Assembly: GCF_009914755.1 (NCBI RefSeq)
Contig: NC_060935.1
Reading direction: 5' to 3' (one strand)
Length of the DNA stretch: 64,000 nt
Source: the human T2T-CHM13v2.0 reference genome, Homo sapiens
Part shown: piece after piece, positions 33,529 to 50,676 of the stretch
How positions within the stretch are numbered: the first letter of the stretch is position 1
Layout of the letters: each line of letters begins with the position of its first letter
Translations under genes and position numbers: made by a program
Notes under the pieces: model-generated
Databases searched by the model: none
What the model was told of the DNA's origin: nothing
The model's input: the letters and a program-made list of their open reading frames with translations, nothing else

Positions 33529-34012
33529 TGTACTAGTTCCCTATTGCTGCTGTAACAAATTCCCACAAGCTTGGCTTAAAAGCACACTCATCTGTTACCC
33601 TACAGCTCTACCCACCAACTGCACTCCTTACTGGAGGTGCTAGGGAAGGATCCATTTCTTTGCCTTTTCCAGCTTGCAGAGACCTCCTTCCTCCATCTCC
33701 AAAACCGACCATGTGGCGGCTCTTGGTGCGTTGCTTCCACAGCCACATCACTCTCTGACTTTCCTGCCTTCTCCTTCCACTTCCAAGGACCCTGTAACTA
33801 CACTGGGCCTACCTAGATAACCTGGGATTCTTTTCCTATCTTAAAGTCAGCTGATGAGCAACCTTCATTCTACCTCCAACCTTACTTCTCTTTGCCATGT
33901 AACATGGTGACATGCCACATGTAACATTCTTATGTAACATGCATCAGTCACAGGTTCCAGGTATTCAGTAGGGTATGGGCAACTTTTTGGGCGGCCGTTA
34001 TTATGCCCACCA
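33529..34012 (-). mobile_element. MLT1-type LTR
   Basis: TGTACTAGTTCCCTATTGCTGCTGTAACAAAT ... CCCACCACA. Confidence 0.75.
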
Positions 34013-34449
34013 CAGTGCCCAGTCAATATTTGTGGAATAAATCAACAGTAATGAAATAATGCACAAAAATGAATCAAACAAGGGTGCTTCTTCCACACAG
34101 ACCTCCATGATGCGAGCTCTCATTCTGGACTACTGAGTGACATTAATTCTGAATTCCCTGCCCCTAGCTGCCATTTGTCAAGGGCTTGCAAGAAACAGGA
34201 AAACAAGAATGCTGAGGCCAGAATGCGGACAGGTCCTCTGGAAGGTCCGAATTGTGCTTTGACACAAAATCACACAAAAAATGCTTTTACAGCCTCCTCC
34301 CATTTCCCTGACAGACAGGCGGATTATCCCCATTCTATTCCTAGAGATGAAGATTCAGGACCTTGCCGGCCCCGAGACTCAAGAAGCCGCCGTTATGGGT
34401 CGGCTGGGTGACTCTGGGTCCTGGCCACCCGGTCTCTGAAGCTGGGTTG

Positions 34450-34700
34450 CACGCGTGTCCAGGTCCACGGAAGGCTGCAGTACCCGCGCAGCCCCGGCAT
34501 CACCTGGCGTCACCTGGCGCCACCTGGCGCATCGCTCCCCACGGCACTGGCCCGGCGCTCCCCGCTCCGCTCGTTCGGCTCATGCGGCCCGCGGCCGCCA
34601 GGGGGCACGCCCCGCACCCCGCACCCCGCATCCCGCACACACGCGCACTCAGCGAAGCAACCCCGGAGCGCGATCCCCCAACGCCCCTTGTGAGACCAGC
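34450..34700. promoter_or_regulatory. Small orphan CpG-rich patch with CTCF-like motifs
   Basis: Dense CpGs. CCGCCAGGGGGCAC on + at 34595-34608 and GCGCCAGGTGGCGC on - at 34517-34530. Confidence 0.65.
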
Positions 34701-35621
34701 ATGACTTTGACACTCAAACCCCTCAAGGATCCCATGAGCAGGGAAGATGATGCGCCTGTCTCAGGAACCTAGATGGAAACAAAAATCTTACACAAAATGC
34801 TAGCAGGCGAAATGCGATGACATGTGAAAAGGAGATCTATCAGGACGGAGGTGTGTTTATACTAGAAATTCCAGAGGGGCTTAGCATTAGAAAAACAGCC
34901 AAACTACATAAATAAGACAGGAAGATCCGTCAATGAGGTACATTATATCAAGAGAAATATGAGCATTTCAGAGGCAATGTGAAAGACGTTTATTAAAATT
35001 CAACATCCATTAGTGATTTTAAAGAAAATCTTAGTAAGAGGTGAAAGCATTTGACAGCATTTTGCTTAAAGTTAGGAGCAAATGAGATATACCCATCATC
35101 ACTACTTCTGTTCAGAATTGTCCAGAACTTGAGAGAACACCAAGACAAAAAAAGATACAGAAATATAATAATTGGAACTAGAGGAAGAACTTTTTCAAAA
35201 TCTCAGAAGTTTAGAACCCTATCAGATCCAACTTCCCTTTCTGTAACAAATGAATGCCACTCTCTCCATCCTGAAATGAAATATTTAGATAATATAACAC
35301 TTCCACACACATATTTTCAAAAAGCCAATACAATGCTTTTATTGTAAATTATGTAAATATGAGGTAAATAAAAGAAAAATACTTTAAAATAAAATGTTAT
35401 TTTGATGTGTGAATTCTTGGGCCCAACAACAAAAAATAAAACTCCCCTGCAAATTTCCAAATCTCTCCCTAGAGGGCAGTACACCTCTTCAAGAACTATT
35501 AGTCTACATAGAAAAACCACCAAAAAAAACCACACACGCGCACAAACCCTCCAGATATTTCATTAGATTACTAAGAAAAGGTAGCAACTTCTCCAGATAA
35601 AAAATCAATATACAAAAATCT

Positions 35622-35858
<237 letters not shown>

Positions 35859-35935
35859 AAGACCAAAAGAATCTATTTAATTCCTATATAGTAGCAACAA
35901 GCTATCAGGAAAAGTCTTTTTTTTTTTTTTTTTTT

Positions 35936-36284
35936 AGAGTGAAAGCAAGTTTACTAGAGAAGTAAATAAACAAAAGAATGGCTACTACATAGGCAGGGCA
36001 GCAATGCAGGCTACTTGACTGAGTATACCTATATGCTAAACAAGGGGTGGATTATTCATGAGGTTTCGGTAAAGGGGGGACAATTTCCGGAAATAAAGGT
36101 CCCTCCTCTTAAAACCATATAGGGTAACTTCCGGTCGTTGCCATGGCATTTGTAAACTGTCATGGCGCTGGTGAGAGTATTTTTTACCATGCTAATGCAT
36201 TATAATTAGCATGTAATGAGCAGTGAGGACCACCAGAGGTCACTATCATTGCCATCTTGGTTTTGGTAGGTTTCAGCTAGCTTC
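35936..36284 (-). mobile_element. MER41 LTR fragment (transduced cargo)
   Basis: Reverse complement is homologous to 42422-42712 plus 43023-43105 of the MER41 in this window. Confidence 0.85.
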
Positions 36285-36687
36285 TTTTTTTTTTTTTTTT
36301 TTTTTTTTTTTGCTTTTTTTTTTTTCATTATGCTTTTAAGTTCTAGGATACATGGGCACAACGTGCAGGTTTGTTGCATAGGTATACATGTGCCATGTTG
36401 GTTTGCTGCACCCATCAACTCGTCATTTACGTTAGGTATTTCTCCTAATGCTATCCCTCCCCAAAATCCCCACCCTCCGACAGGCCCCTGTGTGTTATGT
36501 TCCCCACCCTGTGTCCATGTGTTCTCGTTATTCAACTCCCACCTATGAGTGAGAACATGCGGTGTTTGGTTTTCTGTCCTTGTGATAGTTTGCTTAGAAT
36601 GATGGTTTCCAGCTTCATCCGTGTCCCTGCAAAGGACATGAACTCATCCTTTTTATGGCTGCATAGTATTCCATGGTGCATATATGC
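36285..36687 (-). mobile_element. 5'-truncated L1PA (about PA5-7) 3' UTR with poly(A) tail
   Basis: Classic L1PA 3' end (TTTAAGTTCTAGG...GGTTTGCTGCACCCATCAAC...CCATGGTG). Confidence 0.92.
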
Positions 36688-38238
36688 CAGGAAAAGTCAT
36701 TTTTTAAAGTGTCAATAGAAACAAAATTATACTCAGGGCTAAATCTAAAAGAAGATATGCAAGAAAATAATTAAAAATTATGTTAAGATATATGTATCTT
36801 ACATTTCTTATATGTATAAATATTATGTATCTTTATGTCTTATAGCTATGTCTCCCAGGCCGGAGTGCTGGAGTGCGGTGGTGCGATAGATCACAACTCA
36901 CTGATCACTAATGGCTCACTAACCGTGTATTGGTCAAGCTGGTTTCGAACTCCTGGGCTCAAGCAATCCTCCTACCTCAGCCTCCCAACGTCCTGGGATG
37001 ACAGGCATGAGCCACCACGCCTGGCTGTATTAAGATTTTTTTTTAAATACACAAAGTAATGTAGAGAGACATCATGTTATAAAGTACCTCTAAGCCCCTG
37101 ATTTCCTTGTGTCCTCACCGCAACCAGAAAACAGGATTATCATCCCTACTTGAAAGATGTGGAGGCTGAGGCCTGGGTAGAGAAGAGACCTGCCCAAGAT
37201 CAATGGAGCCTGCTGGGCATCGAGGACTAAGGGCCTGGGCCTCCTGCCTGCTGTTCCTGGGCCCTAATCACCACCCCAGCCACCATGCCTTGGGCCCACT
37301 ACTCCCAGAGTCCACAGGCTAGAGCTGCACAAGGCCAGAGGCCGGGTCTCCAAGCTTCAGAGAAAGGAGGCAGACAGTAATCTGGCCGTCTAGTCACTGG
37401 GGCACCTGGGAGTGTTCTATCTCACACAATATACCCGAATCTACATTTCAATTAAAACTTACTGAAAATAGAACACACACCAGCGAGGAAAAAATAAACC
37501 AGCCATAGCATTGTTCACACTTTCAGTGGCAGGAAAACGTCCCAGCCCCTGCCACCTCAGACGCATGCAGAGCTGGGCAGGGTGGAGGGCAGAGCTCAAA
37601 GGCAAGGCCCCACCTCGGTTCCTCCACCCCAATGCCACACCTACTCACTCCCCTAAACCCTGAAGAAAGAGCAAATAAAAATGATAGAGAGACAGGAAGT
37701 CCAAGCCTGAAAGGTTTTGAGAAATGCCCTCCCTGACCAGCTCCTGTGCATGGGAAAGAGGGCCCTGAGAGAAGTGGTGGCCAGCCTAGCGTCCCACAGC
37801 CGATCTGCGGCAGGGCAGGGAGCCCAGGTGTGACCCTCGCTCAGAATCCAGCCCTGGGGAGGGCGATCTGTGAGGGGCTTGAATGACACAAATACTATGA
37901 ATGTTTGCTGGCCCCTGGACCTCTGCATTCAGTCAGCCAGGGCTACAGCAGCCTGCCGGAGGAAGGCATGGAGCACAGCCAGGGCCTATAACTGGGTGTA
38001 CTGCCTGCGGGAGCCCAGACCACAGGTCCCCAGTCTTCAGCAGTAGTTTTCAAACCATGAACTGAGGCCCATATGTGGGTCCTGAAATCAATTCAGCGTC
38101 TGAAACCCACATATAAAAAAATTAAAAAGAATAAAATAGAAATATGAAGTGAATTACAGAGACTAAAGATACAGGATCATGATATAAAATGTAATTCTAA
38201 TTGTGGTTGTAGTTTAAAAACAAACAAAAAAATGTTTT

Positions 38239-38586
<348 letters not shown>

Positions 38587-38831
38587 TCAAGGTCAACATA
38601 AAACCAACAGCATTTCTCTATACCAGGCATAATCAACTAGAAAAATTTAAAAAATATGTATACCATTCATGATGTCTGGAACTTTCCCATGGTTCAGAAA
38701 AAAAGAATGAATGTTTGTAAGCGAGCATAAAGCATAAAGTAAATACAGCAAAACATTAGCAATTCATGAGTCCAAGTGAAGGACATAAGAATGGTCATTG
38801 TTCTAGTCTTTCAACTTTTCTATAGGTTGAT

Positions 38832-39161
38832 TTTTCTTTCTTTCTTTCTTTTTTCTTTTTTTTTTTTTTTTGAGACAGGGTCTCACTGTGTCACCCAGGC
38901 TGGAGTGCAATGGTGCAATCACGGCTCACTGCAAGCTCGACCTCCTGAGCTCAAGCAGATCCTCCCACCTCAGCCTCCTGAGTAGCTGGAACTACAGGTG
39001 TGCACCACTAGGCCCAGATAATTTTTTAATTTTCAGTTTTTTGCAGAGATAGGGTCTCCCTATGTTACCAGGGCTGGTCTTGACCTCCTGGGCTCAAGCC
39101 ATCCTCCCACCTCCGCATCCCAAAGTGCTGGGATTACAGGCGTGAACCACTGTCCCCGGCC
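38832..39161 (-). mobile_element. AluJ
   Basis: Reverse dimer. Confidence 0.88.
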
Positions 39162-39261
39162 TAGATTGACATTGTAAAGAGTAAATAAAAAGTTGGGAGA
39201 AAATACCAACCACAATAACAACAAAAATTAGAAAGCATCTAGGAATTAAGTGACTGTATAA

Positions 39262-39596
<335 letters not shown>

Positions 39597-39599
39597 GTT

Positions 39600-41260
<1,661 letters not shown>

Positions 41261-41929
41261 TTATATTTTTGTAAATAAACAAGACACATTACCCAAGCAC
41301 ACCTGCAAAAAGATACACATTAACCACCTTAGATCAGTTGGCTCTGGCAGGGGTGGAATGGGAATGGGGATAGAGGGAATAAAGTGATCAAACCATGATG
41401 GTGATGTTATGCCAAGGACCAAGGAGTGGGCACGTCAGCCTCTGTACCGGGGCCAAACAAGCCTGGGAAGCTCCATGTGGAGAAGGCCAGCAGGAGACTC
41501 TTTCTCTAAGCCTAGACTAGATGAGTAAGCTGGGGGAGAGGGGACGGAGCAGGGACATGTTCAAAGGTTCCCAAAAGAGAGTGCATGGGGAAGGGAGAGA
41601 AAGACGGGCTCCCACAGCATTGCTGGACAAACAGGGCCCAGGAAGCGAAGGCACTGGGAGGCCCTAGCCGGCCAGCCTGCTGCAGGCCCACAGAGCTCGA
41701 CCCAGAGCTGAGACACCCAAGGGCACTCGGATCACCTCCCCACCACACTTAGCAGCCACATCCCCCAGGTGGGGCGCAGAAGCCCATTCTCCAGGTCTCT
41801 CTGTCAGAGGCGTTAGAACCAGAGCAACTCCATTTTGAACACGGGCTGGGTAAAACGAGGCTGAGACCTGCTGGGCTGCATCCACAGGAGCTTAGGCATT
41901 CTCAGTCACAGGATGAGATAGGAGATCAG

Positions 41930-42369
41930 TGTCTTGGGTAGTGATTATCTGGGGCCGGTGTCGAGTGGGCAGTAAAAAGAATTTACCAAGACAATTGTAG
42001 ATAAAGAAAGGCAGATTTATTTGAGAAAGTAGGAAAATACATTACAAAAAAGCAATGGGCAGGCAGGCAAGAGCGGAGCTGACTGTAAGGAGACAAAGGC
42101 TTGCTTGGGATTTTATTGCATGATGCTTGTGCTGTCTGCTGGAGAGGTCTTTGTGCAGTACTGATAATGGCAGGGTTGCAGTGAGATAACTTGTATTTTC
42201 TATCAGGGTCTGGTGATAGCTGGGCACAGGAAGATTGTGAGTTATTTGTGAAGGAGGGCTACGTGTCCTGGACCATGAGGAAAGGCGGATTTATAGCTTA
42301 TCTGCTTTCTCTTTTTGCTTTCCCTTGGTCCCTCCAGCCTGACTCCCCCTCCCTAATTAGGATTTCACA
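41930..42369 (-). mobile_element. Solo LTR (LTR47-like) nested in MER41
   Basis: TG...CA termini and TSD (A/G)TCAG. MER41 sequence resumes seamlessly after it. Confidence 0.75.
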
Positions 42370-42715
42370 GTCAGTACAAGATACAGGTCATAAAGACCCC
42401 TCTGATAAAACAGGATGCAGTAAAGAAGCTAGCCAAAACCTGCCAAAGCCAAGATGGCAATGAAAAGGACCTCTGATCACCCTCACTGCTCATTATACAC
42501 TAATTATAAACATTAGCATCCTAAAAGACACTCCCACCAGCGCCATGACAGTTTACAGATGCCATGGCAAGGTCAGGAAGTTACCCTATATGGTCTAAAA
42601 GAAAGAGGAGCCCTCAGTTCTGGGAAACCCTGACCCCTTTCCTGGAAAACTCATGAATAATTCATCCCTTGTTTGGCATATAATCAAGAAATAACCATAA
42701 AAATAGCCAACCCTA

Positions 42716-43084
<369 letters not shown>

Positions 43085-43169
43085 CTAATAAACTGGCTTT
43101 CACTTCACTGTGTGGACTCACAGTGAATTCTTTCTTGCTTGAGATCTAATAGCTCTCTTTTGGGGTCTG

Positions 43170-43340
43170 GATTGGGAGTCCTTTGCAGTAACATCTCCAC
43201 AAGGCACTACTTGTGGAGATTTGGAAGCACTACTGGTCCCTTGGATAGAGGAAGCACGCTCCCCATTGGATTCTTCTTTATAATTGGATGGAGGGCTCTA
43301 ATACAGAGAAATTGGATGCTCTGCTAATCTAGGGGTCGGG
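43170..43340 (+). repeat. 171-bp inverted duplication, donor copy
   Basis: 164/171 ungapped identity to the reverse complement of 47715-47885 (hand alignment). Confidence 0.95.
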
Positions 43341-43902
43341 GCCCTTGTTTGTTCCAGGCCTGGGAAAGCAGGCCATGCCTATTCTATTGATTATATCGGG
43401 GAAGTGGGTCACACTGATCCCATAGCTGCCTTTCAACCTGGAGGCGGAGGCTACCCCACAGACCCCATTCCTCAAAGTGAGGATATAGCCCCCTTGGTCC
43501 CTATAGACACCTCCCCTTGCCCAAAGCTAGGCTGTGTGCCCAGGAAGCCAGAAGATCAGGAAACAGCACTTGCTTTGAAGGGTCAACCCTCTCTTTGCCC
43601 CAGGGCTGCAGGGAAAACTGCCAGGCTCTTAGCGTTAAATCAATATTAGAACGGTTTCTTTAGAGATGCCCCTCTGCACCCTGGGACAGTCATTTATGGA
43701 ATAATTCTGTTGTGATGCAGGCCCCCTCCTCCCAGCAGCCCAGACTCAGCCTAGTCTGTGAATAACAAACAGCTCCATTAACCTATTTTCCCAGCAGAAG
43801 AGCAGTCTTTCCAGAAGATTAATTCTGATTCTCCCAAGAACACAGGGATGACGTCAGTTTTTAAAATGTCATCCTTGATTATTGACTCCTGCTTTCAAGA
43901 GG

Positions 43903-44267
<365 letters not shown>

Positions 44268-45292
44268 TGAGCAAGTTCATGCACTGCTGGGGTAGCGGGA
44301 TCTGGGGCAGGGAGCCCTGGGGATGGTGGGGAGGTGGTGCGCAGTAGTGCACCTGTTCTTGTGGGAAGAAAGGAGTGGAGGGGTCCGGGGTAACAGGAGC
44401 AGGACCTGGCAGGGCATGGTGCCTTGGTGTGTTGAAGGGCGGGAAAGGGGAGAAGAGGAGAGAAGGAAGTGATCTTGGACCTGCAGGGCTGGTTCCTGGA
44501 AAGTAGGGGGTGGGGATGGGGTGTGCTTGTCAGGGCCCAGAGGAAGACTGGTTCGGCTCTGGCCCTTGGAGTGGAGTGACTGGGGTAGGAGGATTCAGTA
44601 GACTGAGGCCCCTGGGCCTGGAGCTTGGAGAAGATCTGAGCACCTGTGCCTGGAGAGTGAGTGGTCCTAGGACCCTGTGGAAGCACCTAGGGGCATGGAG
44701 AGTTCTCCACGCCCCAACTGCCTCTGACCCTACCCCATCTCTCCCATAGCTTCCCAGCATGCAGGTGAGGTGAGGGCTCTGAGTGTTGTCTGAATGCTCT
44801 GCGCCAGGTGTCAGCCAGGCCCCTTCCTATGTCCCCTTCCTTTATCCCCTCCGTCCTCACTGCTGGGTCCAGGCTGAAGTGTTCTGAAGCACTGCCCTGC
44901 CCCTGCTGAGCAATACTGGGCTCTACACAGAAGTGGGGAAAAGGGAGCCTCCTGCCCCTAAACTCTTGGGGTTGGGGCACAGCTGTCTGGGTGGCCTGAG
45001 ACTCCTGCTAGCAGCCCCCACCCAATCCCTGTTCAAATGGGAGCCCAAGGGCCAGATGTGGTGGGACAGGGGCTCCTTCCCACACTTTGGGGCCCCTCTA
45101 GGTGCCAGAGTACTTGAAACCTTCAGGTGAAACCAAAGCTTCCTAGCAAATGGGTTCCTGTCCCCACATCCAAGGGGACACCAGATCTACCCCTCTTCTG
45201 GGCCTAAATATCTTAAGGCTCAGCCAGGACCCCTTGCACACCCAATTCAGCCATATGCCCCCCACCCCCACCCTGCCTCCTCGGTGCTAATT

Positions 45293-46335
<1,043 letters not shown>

Positions 46336-46727
46336 GAACTGGGAACCCAGAGCAGAATCAGTCAGAGCTCCATCAGCTGGGGAGTGGGGGCAGATGTACA
46401 CATATCAGCCTAGGGGCAGGGTGGGGGCAGGTGCCGCTGCCTCTGGGCCCCAGATTGCACAGGGAGGACGCAGGCACCCCTCCTGCCCACCCTTACTCTT
46501 GAACCCTGCCAGCTGCTGCTGGCCTGTAGGACGCTGGAGAATCCAGGGACCCTGGGGACCCACAGGCCCCTCTTTGGCAATATGCAGGCAGCAGCCCCAG
46601 GTGCCAGCTTGGCTCCAGTTCTCTCCACTGGCTGGGGTCTTGGGTGGGATTTTCTCACTCCCAGGGTCGCGGGGCTACATCAGGAGCTTGCAGGGCCTGG
46701 CAGGAGGATTTAGGTGGACACTCCTAG

Positions 46728-48008
<1,281 letters not shown>

Positions 48009-48867
48009 ATATAGTCAGAGAAGTGTCACTCCCTGCTCTTCCCTGCCATCCTATCCCATTCAACAGTTCTTTCCACTCCTTTCCACCTGTCCCTGTAGGT
48101 AGCCAATCGCACCAGTTTCTGATCTTTCCTTCTTGTACTTCTCTGCATAGATGAGCAGACACCTGTGTATGTTCTTATATTGTCTTCTCTCTCCATGTGT
48201 GTTCTGGGATTCACACTATCAATTCAATGTGCTCCTCCTCATTTTCTTTTACAGCTGCTTAATGCTCCATTGCTTGGATATACTACAATTTATTCAACCA
48301 CTCTCCCACTTGTGGGTATGTAGATTGTTTCCAATATTTGCAATTAAAAAGAATGCGTCACTGAAAAAGGCTTTGCATGTGTATTTCCATACTGCCAGAG
48401 GTATGGGTTCTGAGTAGATTCCGAGAAGTGGAGTTGCCTCGGGTTAAAGGGTACATGCGTATGTAATTTTCTTAGGTATTACCAATTCCCCTAGAATTGT
48501 ACCAAATTGTACCAAATTGTATTCCCACCAGCAACAGCTGTGAGTGACTGTTTCCCTACAACTTGGTGAACAGAATGTGTTGTGATCTTTTTTATTGTCA
48601 GTCTGAAAAGTGAAAAATGGCATCTCACTGTAGAGCGATTTGCCTCGCTCTAATTACCAGTGTCCTTGAATATTTTTTTCATAAGTTTGAGGGCCATTTT
48701 AATATCTTTTTTGGTTAGTTACCTGTTGGTGCCTTTCCCCTCACTTTACCATTGGATTTGGTGGTTTGTGGTATTTTGTTACAGCAGCCCGAGCTGACTA
48801 AGACAGGTGGCTTTGTTTTTTACACTTAGATCCCTAATCCATTCAGTTTATTCTTTTGTTGGATGTG

Positions 48868-49280
48868 TGCTATGGTTTAGATGTTTGTCCCCTCCGAGGC
48901 TCATGTTCAAATGTGATTTCTAGGGTTGGAGTGGGGCCTGATGGGAGGTGTTTGGCTCATGGAGGTGGTCCCTCATGAATAGATTAATGCCTTCCCTGGG
49001 GGTGAGTGACTTCTCACTCTCTTAGTTCCTGGGAGAGCTGCTTGTTGAAAGATTCTGGCACCCTCTCCCCTCTCTCTTGCTTCTCCTCTTGCCATGTGAT
49101 ATCTGCTCACATCAGCTCTCCTTCACCTTCCACCATGAGTGGAAGCAGCCTGAGGCCCTCACCAGATGCCCAGTCTTGAACTTTCCAACCATCAGAATTA
49201 TGGGCCAAATAAACCTTTTTTCTTTATAAATTACCCAGTCTCAGGTATTCCTTTGCAGCAACACAACACAAAATATGACA
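48868..49280 (+). mobile_element. MSTB/MSTD-type LTR within an antisense L1M
   Basis: TGCTATGGTTTAGATGTTTGTCCCCTCC ... AATTACCCAGTCTCAGGTATTC. Confidence 0.8.
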
Positions 49281-49787
49281 GTGTAACATATGGATTTAAT
49301 TTTATCTTTTTCCAAATGGCTCCCAGTTGTCCCGGCATTATCTATTGCAAAGTCTATGTTTAGTGTGTAGCAAAGGCAACATCTCAAATTAGTGGGGTAA
49401 AGATGTTTTGGGTCTAATCCTAGATTTTCTAGTCTATTCCAATTTATCTATTCATGTACCAGAACCATCCCAGTTTTAATTACAGAAGCTTTTTTTTTAA
49501 TTTTTTTTTTAATGTCTGGCAAGTCTAGTTTTCTCTCATGGTTTTTCTTTTCCAATGTCTTCTTATCTGTTCTTGCAAGTTTATTTTTCTATGTGAACTT
49601 TTGTATCAACATGTCTATCTTCATAAAATACCTTGCTGTTTCTTTTATTGGGATTACATGGAGTTTAACATTAACTTAGGGAGGACTAACACCATTACAA
49701 TGTTGACTTTTCCTGTGCAAACAAAGGGATATTTTTCTGTTTGTTTTCCTTTCGTGTCTTTCAAAAATGTTCTAAAAATTTCATCAT

Positions 49788-50078
49788 GGCCAGGGGTGAT
49801 GGCTTACGCCTATAATCCCAGCACTTTGGGAGGCCAAGGTGGGCAGATCACCTGAGTTCAGGGGTTTGAGACCAGCCTGGCCAACATGGTGAAACCCCAT
49901 CTCTACTAAAAATAAGAAAATTAGCCAGGTGTGGTGATGCACACCTGTAATTCCATCTACTAAGGAGGCTGAGACACAAGAATCACTTGAACCCAGGAGG
50001 CGGAAGTGAGCTGAGATTGCGCTACTGCACTCCAGCCTGGCGACAGAGTGAAACTCTGTTTAAAAAAAAAAAAAAAAA
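49788..50078 (+). mobile_element. AluS
   Basis: Dimer with A tail. Confidence 0.9.
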
Positions 50079-50354
50079 ATTCCTCATATAGGTTTATACA
50101 TAAAGGCCATTATATTTTACATGTTAATTTTGTATCCTGCTACTTCACTGAACTCCTTTACTATTTGAATTAGTTTTATCATTGATTCTCTGGGGTTCTT
50201 CAGGTATATTATGCCGTATGTAAATAGAAATAGTTCTCCTTCTTCTTTACCATTCTTAGACCTCCAATTGATTTATCTTGTCTAATTGCATTGGCTAATA
50301 CATCTAGTACAATGTGGAATAGTAGTGGAGATAATGGCATCCTTGCCATGTTTC

Positions 50355-50676
50355 TCTTCTTTCTTTCTTTCTCTTTTTTTTTAGAGTCAAGGTCTGATTC
50401 TGTCACCCAGGCTGGAGGTCATGGCATAATCAGGGCTCACTGCAGCCTCAACCTCCTGTGCCCAAGGGATCCTCCCACCTCAGCCTTTTGAGTAGCTGGA
50501 GCTACAGGCAAATGCCACCAAACCTGGCTTTTTTTTTTTTTTTTTTGTATTTTGTTTTGTAGAGATGGGGTCTCGTTTTGTCACCTAGGCTGGCCTCAAA
50601 CTCCTGGCCTCATGCAATCCTCTCATAGCAGTCTCCCAAAGTGTTGGGATTGCAGGCATGAACCACTGTGCCTGGC
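50355..50676 (-). mobile_element. AluJ
   Basis: Reverse dimer. Confidence 0.87.
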
